Below, one piece after another: positions 1-10,042 of a stretch of DNA of 64,000 bases; positions within the stretch are counted from its first letter, which is position 1, and each line of letters opens with the position of its first letter. The notes beneath the pieces were generated by a model. That model worked only from the letters and a program-made list of their open reading frames with translations, was not told the origin of the DNA and did not search any database. The position numbers and the translations under genes are program-made. This stretch comes from an uncultured Alphaproteobacteria bacterium (GTDB taxonomy: Bacteria; Pseudomonadota; Alphaproteobacteria; Dongiales; Dongiaceae): the NCBI GenBank assembly GCA_963851215.1, contig CAWKOG010000017.1:345465-409464 (forward strand), in the 5' to 3' direction.

Positions 1-772
1 TGGCTGCCGCAACCGCCGAGGCGATCGGCTGATACTCGGCGCGGCGGACCTCGCGGCCGCCGACGACGAAACCGCGATAGCGGAATTCGTTGCCAGAGAT
101 TTCGATGAGTTGCTCATTGCAGGTGAGCAACCACGCAGCGCCGTCACGGCAAAGCAGGGACAGGCTCGCCGCAGGTCCGCTGACATAGGGCTGCAGGATC
201 ATGTCTGAGTTCGGGTTTGCGGCCATCCAGCCATCGAGAGTGCCGGCAGATTCGAACATCAGCGTATTCGCCGCGCCAGCACCATCGTCGGGCTTGACGA
301 CCCAGGCCGACGCCTTGCGGAAGTTCTCGCCGTTCCTGAGCGGCGCCGTCGGCACTGTCGGGATTCCGGATTTCGACAGATGCCTTGCCGTCGCCAGCTT
401 GCTGCTGGTCAACCGCACGGATTGGGGATCGCTAGCCAGCAGGCGGCGGCCCGCTTCCACCGCGAGCTCGCAGACACGGGACAGAACGCCGCCGCTCTCC
501 GGAGCTATCGGCCAAACCGCATCTGCCGAACGGATCAGTTCGGTCCAACGGGGCCAGAATTCGCCAGGTTTATCGATCGTCAAAACCTCTGCTTCAGCCC
601 GAAGCGCGGGCAGGCGCTTGTCACGAGTCGTGATGATTTCAACGCCGTCCAGCGACGCGAGATCCTTGACAAGCGCCGTCAGCATCATGTCGCCTTCACG
701 CGACAAGTTGGCGGGGAGCGGCTGGCCGCTGAGACCGCCGCCTGTCACATACTCGCAGACGAATATCCGCAA
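1..772 (-). CDS. ATP-grasp superfamily protein (partial, C-terminus off window start); H4MPT-cluster orf9-like
   Basis: Open minus-strand frame from about 772 to position 1, not in the ORF track because it runs off the edge. Hand translation gives ...TSSKLATARHLSKSGIPTVPT...VVKPDDGAGAANTLMFES...MILQPYVSGPAASLSLL..., ATP-grasp-like motifs. Candidate TTG start at 772 with GGAG upstream; other candidates are GTG 748 and ATG 688. Confidence 0.5.
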   Translation of the reverse strand, partial: MRIFVCEYVTGGGLSGQPLPANLSREGDMMLTALVKDLASLDGVEIITTRDKRLPALRAEAEVLTIDKPGEFWPRWTELIRSADAVWPIAPESGGVLSRVCELAVEAGRRLLASDPQSVRLTSSKLATARHLSKSGIPTVPTAPLRNGENFRKASAWVVKPDDGAGAANTLMFESAGTLDGWMAANPNSDMILQPYVSGPAASLSLLCRDGAAWLLTCNEQLIEISGNEFRYRGFVVGGREVRRAEYQPIASAVAAA

Positions 773-783
773 GGCGACACTCC

Positions 784-1491
784 GTGGAAGTCATTCCAGT
801 CATCGACCTGATGGGCGGCATTGTCGTCCATGCCCGCCGCGGCGAGCGGCAGAACTATCAACCCCTGCAGTCGCCCCTCTGCGCCGGCTGCGAGCCCGCC
901 GCCGTGGTTGGCGGCTATCTGACGGTCCACCCATTCTCGATCGTCTACATCGCCGATCTCGATGCCATCACCGGGAAAGGCGACAGCGGTCCGGTCATCG
1001 CCCGGCTGCGGCGACATTTCCCTGACCTGCGGTTCTGGGTGGACAATGGGCTTACCGATGCAGGGGCCTGTCGAAACTGGCTGCAACAGGGATATGGCGA
1101 TCTCGTCATCGGCAGCGAAGCGCAGCGCGATGCATCCGCGATCAACGGCCTGGCGCAGGAGGGAGCGGCCGACCGGATCGTCCTCTCCCTCGACTTCAAG
1201 GATGGGAAGTTCCTGGGCCCCGAAGGCCTGCGGCAGCAGCCGTCGCTGTGGCCGCAGCGCATCATCGCCATGACACTGAGCCGTGTCGGCAGCGATACCG
1301 GCCCCGATTTCGAACTGTTGGATCAATTGCGGACGAAGGCTCCCGCCAAAAAGCTCTTCGCCGCCGGCGGCGTGCGCGGCGGCGAAGATCTCATCGAGTT
1401 GAACCGTCGAGGCATCAGCGGCGTCCTCGTGGCCAGCGCCCTCCATGCGGGGCGGATTGGCAAGCGCGAGATCGCCGCTGTCTGCGCCTGA
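784..1491 (+). CDS. HisA/HisF-like TIM-barrel protein of the H4MPT biosynthesis cluster
   Basis: 235-aa ORF with GTG start. N-terminus VIPVIDLMGG and C-terminal AAGGVRGGEDL...GVLVASALHAG are typical of the HisA/HisF family. It sits next to fae. Confidence 0.7.
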   Translation: MEVIPVIDLMGGIVVHARRGERQNYQPLQSPLCAGCEPAAVVGGYLTVHPFSIVYIADLDAITGKGDSGPVIARLRRHFPDLRFWVDNGLTDAGACRNWLQQGYGDLVIGSEAQRDASAINGLAQEGAADRIVLSLDFKDGKFLGPEGLRQQPSLWPQRIIAMTLSRVGSDTGPDFELLDQLRTKAPAKKLFAAGGVRGGEDLIELNRRGISGVLVASALHAGRIGKREIAAVCA

Positions 1492-1520
1492 CAGACAGTG
1501 GCGCCGAAGCGCCGCGGCTG

Positions 1521-2030
1521 TTAGCCGGCGTAGAACGGATGCTTCACGGAGTCCTTCTTCGCGGTGACGTCGCGAGCCTTCGGCTCACCGGCGACAGCGC
1601 GCTTAATGGATTCCTTCACGGCCTGATAGTTGTAGTTGTGGATCTTCTTGTCGTCGGCGGCTTCCCAGTGGATGAACACGCCAACGCAGATGAACAGATC
1701 GTCGGCTTCATCCGCCGGGATCGTGCCATCGGCAACGCAATCCTGCACGGCCATCGCGACAGCATGCTGTGCCGGACCGAACATCTGCACCGCCTGCTTC
1801 GCGCCCTTGATGGTCACTTTGTTGAACATCACGGTGTTCGGCTTGCAGGCCAGGTTCGGCGAAATCACGGCCAGCAGTGACGTGAAGCCGTCCTTGTTGT
1901 TGACCAGCGCATTGCAGAACGCGGTCTCTGCCGCGCTGTTACGCGGTCCGATGAGCAAATCGATGTGAGCGACTTCATTGCCCTCGCCGACCAACGATTC
2001 ACCGACACAGACCTTGTTGATCTTCGCCAT
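1521..2030 (-). CDS. fae: formaldehyde-activating enzyme (5,6,7,8-tetrahydromethanopterin hydro-lyase)
   Basis: 169 aa, [30 protein letters not shown]...FIHWEAADD, matching the known Fae sequence family. GGGAGG RBS upstream of the ATG. Confidence 0.9.
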   Translation of the reverse strand: MAKINKVCVGESLVGEGNEVAHIDLLIGPRNSAAETAFCNALVNNKDGFTSLLAVISPNLACKPNTVMFNKVTIKGAKQAVQMFGPAQHAVAMAVQDCVADGTIPADEADDLFICVGVFIHWEAADDKKIHNYNYQAVKESIKRAVAGEPKARDVTAKKDSVKHPFYAG

Positions 2031-2343
2031 CAGTTAATCCTCCCTATATGTGAATGGCTCTGAAACGAAGCCTCACCATCCGCCTGCCCGGGGCCGGTCG
2101 GCCTCGGGCTCGGTGAGGCAACTTCTCTCCCACCGCCTGGAGCCATCCTTGTTTGCAGCATCCGGCCGTTGGGCGGCCGGACCGGTTGACCAGACAACAC
2201 TCCCCTGACGGGCAGAGTACTTGCGAGCCGATGGTAGTCTCAATCATCGCCCATCATCAAGCGCCTAATGAAACAGCAGGAAATTGCCCCGGTGCGGTGC
2301 ACAAACAGGCTGCCCAACACCGCCGGATTTGCACCTGCCGCTG

Positions 2344-3177
2344 CTATTGCAGATTTGAAACAAACAGCGTTGCCACCGTGAGATCGGCGCTGGTGCCTGG
2401 ATTGATATCCTTATCCTTCAATGCGCTGTCGAATGCCTGAAGATCGGACAAGATGACGCGCGGGTCCGCGGCCCCGGACAGGATCGTATCGAACTTCCGC
2501 GCCTCCAACATGATGGCTTCGGCTGTCTCCAAGCCGAACTTGCGCTCGATGTGACTGTCCGGAAACGCGCCGAGAAAACCCAGATAGGTCGATGAAACGG
2601 CCCATTCGAAATCGCGCCAGCGCTGTCCGCCGGCAGTCAGGCGTTCGAGGCCGAGACCGAAAACGTCGCTGAAATCGGTGACATACTGAGCCGCGATGCG
2701 ATCCCGGTCCGATGCAGCGCGCATGGCCTCCAGCAGCGTGACCTGCGGCGGCTCCCGAACATCGTGGCGCGGACTGCTGCCGAGGCCGCCTGGGTTCGCC
2801 AACCTGATCGCCTCATAGGCGCTGGCCGCATCGTCGACAGTCAGCGCTTCCAGAACGGCGTGCAGTGCCTGACGCAGCTCGCCGCCGGCCGAATGGAGCG
2901 CGGCCTGAGCCAGTGGCGCGCAGAGCAGCAGGATGCCCAGGTTAGTGTTGGTGGAAACGGCTTCGCGGGTCCGGCGCAGCGCCGCCAGCATTCGTTCGCC
3001 CACCGTCAAATCGGGAGCCGCGATCGCCGGCGCGCTCAGCCTGGCGCTGGCTTCGAAATCCGCAACGGTCATCCGATGGCCGGCCGCATAGGCGTGGACA
3101 TTGCCCGGCTTCAGCGCCGCCAATTCAGCCAGGCAAGCCGTCAGATAAGCCTGCTCGACGCGCCTCGCGGCGACCAT
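2344..3177 (-). CDS. triphosphoribosyl-dephospho-CoA synthase (CitG/MdcB)-like protein, H4MPT-cluster orf7-like
   Basis: 277 aa with real-protein composition, translationally coupled to the upstream ATP-grasp gene. The position between fae and the RimK-like gene matches archaeal-type H4MPT biosynthesis clusters of methylotrophs. The family call is from memory. Confidence 0.65.
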   Translation of the reverse strand: MVAARRVEQAYLTACLAELAALKPGNVHAYAAGHRMTVADFEASARLSAPAIAAPDLTVGERMLAALRRTREAVSTNTNLGILLLCAPLAQAALHSAGGELRQALHAVLEALTVDDAASAYEAIRLANPGGLGSSPRHDVREPPQVTLLEAMRAASDRDRIAAQYVTDFSDVFGLGLERLTAGGQRWRDFEWAVSSTYLGFLGAFPDSHIERKFGLETAEAIMLEARKFDTILSGAADPRVILSDLQAFDSALKDKDINPGTSADLTVATLFVSNLQ

Positions 3178-4121
3178 CAGCGGGTCAGGGAACGCTTGGC
3201 AGGCGAAGGACCGCGCCGCTTCTCGCCCGCGATCTTTGCCACGACGTGGCCGGCAAGAGTCTCGGCGATATCGATGCCGGTCGCCGTCTGCAACGCCCGC
3301 CAGGCCGGCATGCTGTTCACCTCCAGCACGAGGTAGCGGCCGGACTGGTCCTGAATAATGTCCACGCCGGCATAGTCGGCACCCATGGCCGACGTGGCGC
3401 GGATGGCGAGATCGGCGATTTCACCCGTGGCAGGCACGGCCTGGCAGCGGGCGCCCTGGGCGGCGTTCGTCCGCCATTGCACGCCGTGACGGATCATGGC
3501 GCCCACGGCACGGCCGCCGATGACGAAGACCCGCCAATCGCGCCATCCGGCCGTCGGGCCGGTAACGTAGCGCTGCAGATAGAAAACGCCCTGCGCTTCC
3601 TCCGCGGTTGGCAGATCGCGCAGCTTCTCGATCAGCTTGAGGCCCCGGCCCTGGGAGCCGAACAGGGGCTTCAGCACCAGCGGCCGTCCGGGCCGCGCCT
3701 CGCTCCTGACGATCTCCTTCGCGACGCCGGGCGTCTCGATCGCCCAGGTCGGCGGTGTCGGAATGTCTTGCTGCTGCAAGAGGAAGCTGGTCATGGATTT
3801 GTCGACGCAGCGTTCGATGGCGCGGGCATCGTTGATCACCTGCACGCCGAGTTCCCGCAGGCCATGCAGCACGCCTAAGCGCATGGTCACCTGTTCGAAA
3901 CTCCCGGTGGCCACCGTCTTCACGATCACGGCCGCGGGCAATTGATCATCGAACTTGGGCAAGTCGACGCCCGGACCGCCAAGCCCCACGCGAAAGCCGC
4001 AGCTTGCCAGCGGCATGCAGCGCACGTCGGCGCCGAGATGGGCGAAGGCGTTCTTCAGCCGGCGGGCGTGCCAGTCCAGCTTTTCAGCGAATATGGCAAC
4101 CTTAGCCGCCGGCATATCCAA
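3177..4121 (-). CDS. RimK-family ATP-grasp ligase (tetrahydromethanopterin:alpha-L-glutamate ligase MptN-like)
   Basis: 314 aa. ATP-grasp motifs (…RPLVLKPLFGSQGRGLKLI…, …YLVLEVNSMPAW…). Overlaps the mch stop by 20 nt. Confidence 0.75.
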   Translation of the reverse strand: MDMPAAKVAIFAEKLDWHARRLKNAFAHLGADVRCMPLASCGFRVGLGGPGVDLPKFDDQLPAAVIVKTVATGSFEQVTMRLGVLHGLRELGVQVINDARAIERCVDKSMTSFLLQQQDIPTPPTWAIETPGVAKEIVRSEARPGRPLVLKPLFGSQGRGLKLIEKLRDLPTAEEAQGVFYLQRYVTGPTAGWRDWRVFVIGGRAVGAMIRHGVQWRTNAAQGARCQAVPATGEIADLAIRATSAMGADYAGVDIIQDQSGRYLVLEVNSMPAWRALQTATGIDIAETLAGHVVAKIAGEKRRGPSPAKRSLTR

Positions 4122-5100
4122 ATGATTTGTCGATCAGCACTTCGTCCAGCGCGCCGCCATGGAAGGTATTGCCGCTGTCGAGGGCCGTCACGATCGCCTG
4201 CGCCGGGCTGAACAGCAGGCGGTCCATGGCATAAAAATCGCCATCGTAGGCGTTGAAGATCTCCGCGAATGGCCGGCCGTAGTCGCGAGAGCCTTTGCTT
4301 GGCATATCCGCGGCGAGTTGCCGCGCCTCGTCATCGGGGCCGGTGACGAACAACTGCACCGAGCCGCCATAGATGATCGCGTCGTTCGTCCGGCCCATGG
4401 CGTCGATGAAAGATTTCGCCGGCGGCGGCAGCGGCGCGGCGCCCATGCCATCGATCACCCGGTCGAGCGGAAACTTCAGCTCATGCAGCTTGTGCAGCGC
4501 CACCTCGAGCACGCGGCCGACGATCTGCACGGTGCCTGCCAGGCTGCGCGTCGGCGTCAGGATGAGCGTCAAATTCTTGGCGGCGACGCCGCAGGCCTCG
4601 AGGATCTTCTGGATGAGTTCCGCTGGCGGACGCTTGTCCACTTCCAGCACCAGGCAGGTCGAGTCGGACTGATCCTGGTATCGCAGTTCGTCGAACAGGG
4701 ATTCCTTGCGCGCGATCGCGCGCGCGGGTCCCGATCCCAGGGCATAGAAGGCCGTCTTGCCCTCGCCCGATGTCAGCTGCCAGCCCGCGAGCTGGCTGCC
4801 GAGGCAGGCGAGCACCGGTGCCGCGCTATGAACGTTCAGCATCCAGGGCCAATGCTTGAATGAGTTACCGGCCGTCAAGCTGACGCGGCCAAGCCCCGCC
4901 ATGCAGATCTCAGTGATCAGGCGGCCGGCCTCCAGGCCGCCGGTGCAGCCGATACCGGCATCGACCAGCCGATAGCCTTCGGGTGGCGCTTCGACATTGA
5001 TGCCCAGACTGGCGGCGTCATCGATCAAGCGCCGGAGCGCCGGCGCCGCTGTCCGGTTCAGGCTCAATGCCCTCGTGCCGATGCTCCTGCGTTCAGACAT
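4102..5100 (-). CDS. mch: N5,N10-methenyltetrahydromethanopterin cyclohydrolase
   Basis: 332 aa, the typical Mch size and sequence character. Lies between the ATP-grasp genes and mtdB as in known clusters. Confidence 0.85.
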   Translation of the reverse strand: MSERRSIGTRALSLNRTAAPALRRLIDDAASLGINVEAPPEGYRLVDAGIGCTGGLEAGRLITEICMAGLGRVSLTAGNSFKHWPWMLNVHSAAPVLACLGSQLAGWQLTSGEGKTAFYALGSGPARAIARKESLFDELRYQDQSDSTCLVLEVDKRPPAELIQKILEACGVAAKNLTLILTPTRSLAGTVQIVGRVLEVALHKLHELKFPLDRVIDGMGAAPLPPPAKSFIDAMGRTNDAIIYGGSVQLFVTGPDDEARQLAADMPSKGSRDYGRPFAEIFNAYDGDFYAMDRLLFSPAQAIVTALDSGNTFHGGALDEVLIDKSFGYAGG

Positions 5101-6277
5101 GCCCCGCTTCCGCCAATGCCTGTTCTATGTTGCCAGGCAATCCAGCCTGCAGCTCGTCGCCTTCCAGCAGCGCCGACACCATCGACCTTCGCTGTGCCAT
5201 CATCCGCCGCACGGCCGGCGCCGCTGCCCCGGCTGCCAGCACCGTGCAAACCGGCGCACCCTCGGCGATACGGGCACCCGGCGCTGGCCGGTCTGCGACC
5301 CATTCCGGCCAATCTGTATCCGGGGGTACCCGGCATCGCCGCACCGCATAGAGGATGGACATCGCCGACGCGGAAGCCAAAGCCAGAGGCCCGTCAGGCA
5401 ACCGCCCTTCGCAGGCCGCAGTATGCCAAGGGAACAGCAGTGCCGTCCCGGAACTGTCATAGACATCAAGATTGGCTCCCGGCCGCGGATTAACTTCCAG
5501 GATCCAATAGTTTGCGCCGTCATCGATGACATCCAGACTGTTGAGTCCCACCAGGCCGAATTCGCGGACCAGCGCATCGAGCATTCCTGCCGCATCGCGG
5601 CGCAGACGATCGCTCACCGCGGCCGGCAGCAGCCCGCCGGCAAACCGATAAGGCTGCTGTGGTTCGCCGGGGTCGGCCCATTGTTCGTTGAAGCCTATGA
5701 GGACGGCCCGGCAACCATCGGCCAGAAACGAGATTCCGACCGGCTGTCCCGCCACAAGGCGCTGGAAGTAGATCTTGTTGCCGTCGCGGCGACGCGCGGC
5801 CGGTTGCACATGCGCACCGCCGGAGCCCCCAATCCTTTTCGACAGCCAGCCGCGAGCATCGGCCGGCGCCGACAAGCGAACCTCCGGATGCGGCATGCCG
5901 AGGTGATCGAGGCTGGCGAAGAAATCGCCGGGATTCTTCAGCCGGCGCACGGTCTCCGGCGGATTGCCATAGAGCTTACGGCCCCGCGAGAGGCGCTCGA
6001 TCAGTTCGGGTTGCGCTTCCAGTCCGGTGCCATACACGAAACCGAACGGCCTGGCGGATGAAGCGGGTGCCAGCTTATCCGCTGTCGCCACCAGCGCATC
6101 GGCATCGAAGCCGGAGTCCAGATTGCCCTCGGCGATCGCAAAATCGTCGGCGGCCGCCCGCATGTCCATGTCGCCAAACAGATCGATTGCCGCCACGCGG
6201 TAACCGGCGCGCTTCGCCGCCACGGCCAGCGCGCGGCCGGACAATGCAACAACCAGAACTGCCGCGGCGTCAGGCAA
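5093..6277 (-). CDS. ATP-grasp domain protein (H4MPT-cluster orfY-like)
   Basis: 394 aa. N-terminus AAVLVVALSGRALAVAAKRAGYRVAAIDLFGD is a pre-ATP-grasp domain. Probable TTG start. Overlaps the mtdB stop by 8 nt. Confidence 0.7.
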   Translation of the reverse strand: MPDAAAVLVVALSGRALAVAAKRAGYRVAAIDLFGDMDMRAAADDFAIAEGNLDSGFDADALVATADKLAPASSARPFGFVYGTGLEAQPELIERLSRGRKLYGNPPETVRRLKNPGDFFASLDHLGMPHPEVRLSAPADARGWLSKRIGGSGGAHVQPAARRRDGNKIYFQRLVAGQPVGISFLADGCRAVLIGFNEQWADPGEPQQPYRFAGGLLPAAVSDRLRRDAAGMLDALVREFGLVGLNSLDVIDDGANYWILEVNPRPGANLDVYDSSGTALLFPWHTAACEGRLPDGPLALASASAMSILYAVRRCRVPPDTDWPEWVADRPAPGARIAEGAPVCTVLAAGAAAPAVRRMMAQRRSMVSALLEGDELQAGLPGNIEQALAEAGHV

Positions 6278-7160
6278 CGATTTCGCGCGCCAGTTTGAAG
6301 GCGTCGCGGAAATCGAGATAGAGCGGCTTGTCCGTTTCGATCATGCGGCGGAGCAGGCCCGCCTCGACCCGGTATTTCACGCCGCCGACGGCAAGCGCCC
6401 CGATGCCGAGACCGGACCCCACTTTGACGCCATTGTCCTGCGCGCCGATGCCCTCGATGCCCGAAGGCGGCACGGCGTTGATGTCGGCGGCCACTTTCAG
6501 AGTTTTGGATTCCGAAATCTGCTGCGCGGACAGGATCTGCACGCCGGCCCGGCCGGCGCAAAGCACCACTTCGGCATCCTTGAGCAGCGCGGCCTTCAAC
6601 GCATCGGTGCTGCCATCCGCCGACTGGAGATCGACCTGAAACCGCTCCTTGGCCGTCTCGGCCAAGCCTTTCACGCGCGCCGGCCCGTCATAGCCTACCA
6701 GCGTCACTTTTGCCTGCTCCAGGGCCGCGATCACGCTGGCGGCAAAACCGACCACACCGGTGGCGCCAAATACGACGACCCGCCGGCCGCTGAGCGGCGT
6801 CTGGAATTTATCGCGCAGTGTCTTCTCAACGCAGGCCACCATCGCCGCCGCCGTGGTGAAGGAACCCGCCGGATCGGCCAGCACCGAAACGGCAAACGGC
6901 GGCACCATCGCCTTCTTTGCCGCGTTCAGCATGTCCAGCGCCAGGATGGCGTTCTTGCCGCCGATGAAGACCGATGTGCGCTGCGCCAGCTTCGGGCCGC
7001 GGGAGAAAATCGCGTCCTGCACCAGGCCCGCAACCTCCGCCAGTTCGACATTCGTGTAGGGCACCGCAGCATTAAATCCCGCATCCAGCGCCATGTTGAT
7101 GTCGAACGGACTCACATGCCGAAGCGGACTCAACATATGCAGGATGTAGGGCGCGTCCAT
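6270..7160 (-). CDS. mtdB: NAD(P)-dependent methylene-tetrahydromethanopterin dehydrogenase
   Basis: ORF track gives 6270..7262, but the first 34 codons are non-protein-like. ATG at 7160 (MDAPYILHMLSPL…) follows a GGAGGAG RBS, giving 297 aa, the MtdA/MtdB family size. Confidence 0.85.
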   Translation of the reverse strand: MDAPYILHMLSPLRHVSPFDINMALDAGFNAAVPYTNVELAEVAGLVQDAIFSRGPKLAQRTSVFIGGKNAILALDMLNAAKKAMVPPFAVSVLADPAGSFTTAAAMVACVEKTLRDKFQTPLSGRRVVVFGATGVVGFAASVIAALEQAKVTLVGYDGPARVKGLAETAKERFQVDLQSADGSTDALKAALLKDAEVVLCAGRAGVQILSAQQISESKTLKVAADINAVPPSGIEGIGAQDNGVKVGSGLGIGALAVGGVKYRVEAGLLRRMIETDKPLYLDFRDAFKLAREIVA

Positions 7161-7271
7161 GACTCCTCCGCGGCGGCCGGGACCTGGATCAAGAGGGCGG
7201 AGAGTGTTGCCCACAACCGCGCGGAAGCACAAGAGCCTTAGCCGGGCCGCTGCCCGCAACACAGACGCCGA

Positions 7272-8306
7272 TTAGGCGGCGTTGTGAATCACGTCGATAT
7301 CGCCGCCGCGATTTCGGCCGCGTGCGATTACAAATTTCAGACCCGCCCCGGAAGGCCATTTCTGCTGCATTTCCTGCAACAGCGCGGTGGCCTTTGCCTC
7401 CGACTCCACCAGGCCGAATCCAGTCGGACCCCAGGAGCTCTGCCCCACGCCCTGAACCCCTTGGGCGCGAAGCCAATCCAGAGTCTGCGTCACCGCGGCG
7501 CTGAGAAACCGCGCGCCCTGTACCGGTGCAAAGTGATCGCCGATGGCCGCCTGCAATTCAGCAATGGCGCCGCCGAAACGATTTAGATCCTCCTCGGCGA
7601 GCGCCGGCAGCGCTACCATCAGGACCAGACGGCAAAGCTGTGCCGCGCGATCCGCCGGCATCGGCGGCAATTTCTGGAATGCTTCGCTTTCGGCAGTGCC
7701 ATGCAAGCCGCGCCGCGCCTGGTCGAAGATCAAGAGGATGCGCCAGGATTCCGGAAACGGCAGCCGGCTGATGACCGGCGGCGGCTGATCCACCGCGCCG
7801 CGGCCGCCATCGAGCACCACGCCGCCTTGTTCGAAAGTGGCGATGCCGATGCTGGAGCGTGCGCCGCGATCCAGCAGCTGTGCAATTTCGCGGGCATCGC
7901 TCTCCAGGCCGAAGAATCGCGAAACCGACGTGCCGACCGCCAGGCAGAGCTGCGTGCCCGAACCAAGTCCAACATGGTCCGGTATCGCGGACTCGACGCG
8001 AAGCGCCAAGTCGGCGCCAAGCCGATAGTGGCGGATCAGCCGCTCGGCATAGGTTCTTGCCCGCTCGGCATCGGCGCCGGATATCGTGAGACCCGTGCCG
8101 GGCGTCACCGTCACGCGCGTGACCGGCGCATCCAGGGCGATCCCCAGGCTGCCGAAACGGCGACCCAAATCGCCGTTAAGATCGACAAAACCCGCATGCA
8201 ACCGGCCGGGAACGGTCACGGTTACGCGATCGATCGTGCCCGATCGCGCCGCATCCGAAGTTCCGCCGAGGTTCGCGTTGCTGGCCTTGTTGTCAGCGAG
8301 TATCAT
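7272..8306 (-). CDS. mptG: beta-ribofuranosylaminobenzene 5'-phosphate synthase (GHMP-kinase fold)
   Basis: …VTVPGRLHAGFVDLNGDLGRRFGSLGIALD… with GHMP-like glycine-rich motifs. ATG at 8306 has an AAGGGA RBS. The ORF-track start at 8342 is a TTG. Confidence 0.8.
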   Translation of the reverse strand: MILADNKASNANLGGTSDAARSGTIDRVTVTVPGRLHAGFVDLNGDLGRRFGSLGIALDAPVTRVTVTPGTGLTISGADAERARTYAERLIRHYRLGADLALRVESAIPDHVGLGSGTQLCLAVGTSVSRFFGLESDAREIAQLLDRGARSSIGIATFEQGGVVLDGGRGAVDQPPPVISRLPFPESWRILLIFDQARRGLHGTAESEAFQKLPPMPADRAAQLCRLVLMVALPALAEEDLNRFGGAIAELQAAIGDHFAPVQGARFLSAAVTQTLDWLRAQGVQGVGQSSWGPTGFGLVESEAKATALLQEMQQKWPSGAGLKFVIARGRNRGGDIDVIHNAA

Positions 8307-8376
8307 GATCCCTTCACTGCTGACTTGCCTGAGCGATGTCAAGCTTTGCGTCTGTCGCCCATGGAGACGTCCGTCG

Positions 8377-8754
8377 ATGGCCGAGAAAGAACGCGTTTAC
8401 AGCGAGGATGAGATCGTTGATCGCCTGAAGCGGGACCTGCCGCATTGGCATTACGAGGGCGGCTGGATCCGGCGAAAATACAAGACGCATAGCTGGAAAA
8501 GCACGCTCATGGTCATCAATACCGTGGGCCATCTGGCGGAATCGGCCTGGCATCATCCTGACATCACGGCCTCCTATGCCTGGGTCGAAGTGCGGCTGAT
8601 GAACCATGCGGCAAAGGGCGTGACCGACAAGGATTTCGCACTGGCCAAAAAGATCGAAGACGTCGTTCAATGGCAGCCGGGTAAGGAGGGCAGCGGGCTC
8701 GAGGGCACGCCGCAGACCGACCAGCGCTTCGCCTACATCAAGTACGACGCTTAG
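8377..8754 (+). CDS. pterin-4a-carbinolamine dehydratase (PCD/DCoH family)
   Basis: 125 aa from ATG 8377: MAEKERVYSEDEIVDRLKRDLPHWHYEGGWIRRKYKTHSWKSTLMVINTVGHLAESAWHHPDI…, the PCD signature. The ORF-track N-terminal extension is antisense to mptG. Confidence 0.75.
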   Translation: MAEKERVYSEDEIVDRLKRDLPHWHYEGGWIRRKYKTHSWKSTLMVINTVGHLAESAWHHPDITASYAWVEVRLMNHAAKGVTDKDFALAKKIEDVVQWQPGKEGSGLEGTPQTDQRFAYIKYDA

Positions 8755-8767
8755 CGGTCCGGTTTTC

Positions 8768-10042
8768 ATGACAAAGGGGGGCACGACATTGGTGCGCGAT
8801 GTGGCATGCCCTTTCTGCGCCCTCGCCTGTGACGATCTGGTCGTCGAACCGGCCGGCAAAGCGGGTGTGACCGTGCGCGAGAACGGCTGCGAGCTGAGCC
8901 GGCGCGCCTTTGCGGTCCCTTCGACCAATGCATCGCCGGCAATCGGCGGCAAGGCGGCAAGTCTCGAGGACGCCATTTCAGCGGCGGCGAGCTTGCTCGG
9001 CCGCAGCCGGGCGCCGCTGTTCGCCGGCCTCGCGGCCGATGTCGCGGGCATCCGCGCCGCGCTCGGCCTTGCGGAGCGACTGGGTGCCGTCGTCGACGAC
9101 ATCAACAGCGACGGCCTGTTCCGCAACCTGCGGATGCTGCAGGATAGCGGCTGGATCACCACCACCTTGAGCGAAGTGCGCAACCGCATGGATGTCATGC
9201 TGATCGTCGGCCCGGATCCGTCGGCGACATTCCCGCGCTTCTATGAACGCTGCGTCACGCCCCGCGATACGCTGTTCGGCGAGATCAAGGAACCGCGCCG
9301 CTTGTACCGCATCGGTGCACCGTCGGACGCAGGAGGTCCGGACAAGATGGAGATCGCCTGCGACGATGGCAGTCTGCCGGCGGCGCTGACCGCCCTGCGC
9401 GCGCTCATCAACGAAAAACCTGTGGCCGCCGACATCGGTGCGAACCTGCCGCTGGCCGCGCTGCGCGAGGTGGCCGCGGCGCTGCGCAATGCCAAATACG
9501 GCGTCGTCGCCTGGAGCGCCGGCGCGTTCGAGGCTTCCTCGTCGGAACTCATCGTGCAGGTCACTGCCGAGTTGGTCCGCGATCTCAACCGCACGACGCG
9601 CTGCGGCGGGCTGCCGCTCGGCGGCAATGACAATCTGATGGGCGCCAACCAGATCTGCACCTGGCAGTATGGCCTGCCGCTCCGCACCAGTTTCGCCGGC
9701 GGCGTTCCCGTTCACGATCCCTTGATCAACTCTGCGCGTCGCCGGATTGCCGCGGGGGAGGCGGACGCCACCATCTGGATTTCGGCCTTCCGAACCGATA
9801 TGCCCGCCGCGCTGCCGGCAAACCTGATCGCCCTGGCGCCGCCTGCGGCAAAGTTCGAGCGCCCGCCCGCTGTCCTGATCCCCATCGGCACGCCGGGAGT
9901 CGATCATGCCGGGCAGATCTTCCGCATGGACAATCTGGTCGCGCTGCCGGTGCGGGGGCTGCTGCAGCGGAACCTGCCGAGCGTCGCCGACGTGCTGAAC
10001 CGGATCGCCCAGGCGATGGCGAAGGAGCGGTCCGCGGCATGA
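8768..10042 (+). CDS. fhcB: formyltransferase/hydrolase complex subunit B (FwdB homologue)
   Basis: N-terminal VACPFCALACDDLVV cysteine motif as in FwdB. Translationally coupled to fhcA. Start may be TTG 8789 or GTG 8792 (AAGGGGGG RBS) rather than ATG 8768. Confidence 0.85.
   Translation: MTKGGTTLVRDVACPFCALACDDLVVEPAGKAGVTVRENGCELSRRAFAVPSTNASPAIGGKAASLEDAISAAASLLGRSRAPLFAGLAADVAGIRAALGLAERLGAVVDDINSDGLFRNLRMLQDSGWITTTLSEVRNRMDVMLIVGPDPSATFPRFYERCVTPRDTLFGEIKEPRRLYRIGAPSDAGGPDKMEIACDDGSLPAALTALRALINEKPVAADIGANLPLAALREVAAALRNAKYGVVAWSAGAFEASSSELIVQVTAELVRDLNRTTRCGGLPLGGNDNLMGANQICTWQYGLPLRTSFAGGVPVHDPLINSARRRIAAGEADATIWISAFRTDMPAALPANLIALAPPAAKFERPPAVLIPIGTPGVDHAGQIFRMDNLVALPVRGLLQRNLPSVADVLNRIAQAMAKERSAA

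Noticed and set aside
201-1025. 274-aa plus-strand ORF at the window start
   Set aside because: Ser/Arg/Pro-rich nonsense. The opposite strand carries a convincing ATP-grasp-like frame.
745-1446. 233-aa minus-strand ORF antisense to the HisA-like gene, and many similar long ORFs elsewhere (e.g. 8314..9198, 9904..11685, 17727..18692, 19845..21536, 50335..51465, 53056..53922)
   Set aside because: Arg/Ala/Pro/Gly-rich low-complexity translations lying antisense to, or out of frame with, genes that have clear family signatures. Typical spurious ORFs of high-GC DNA.
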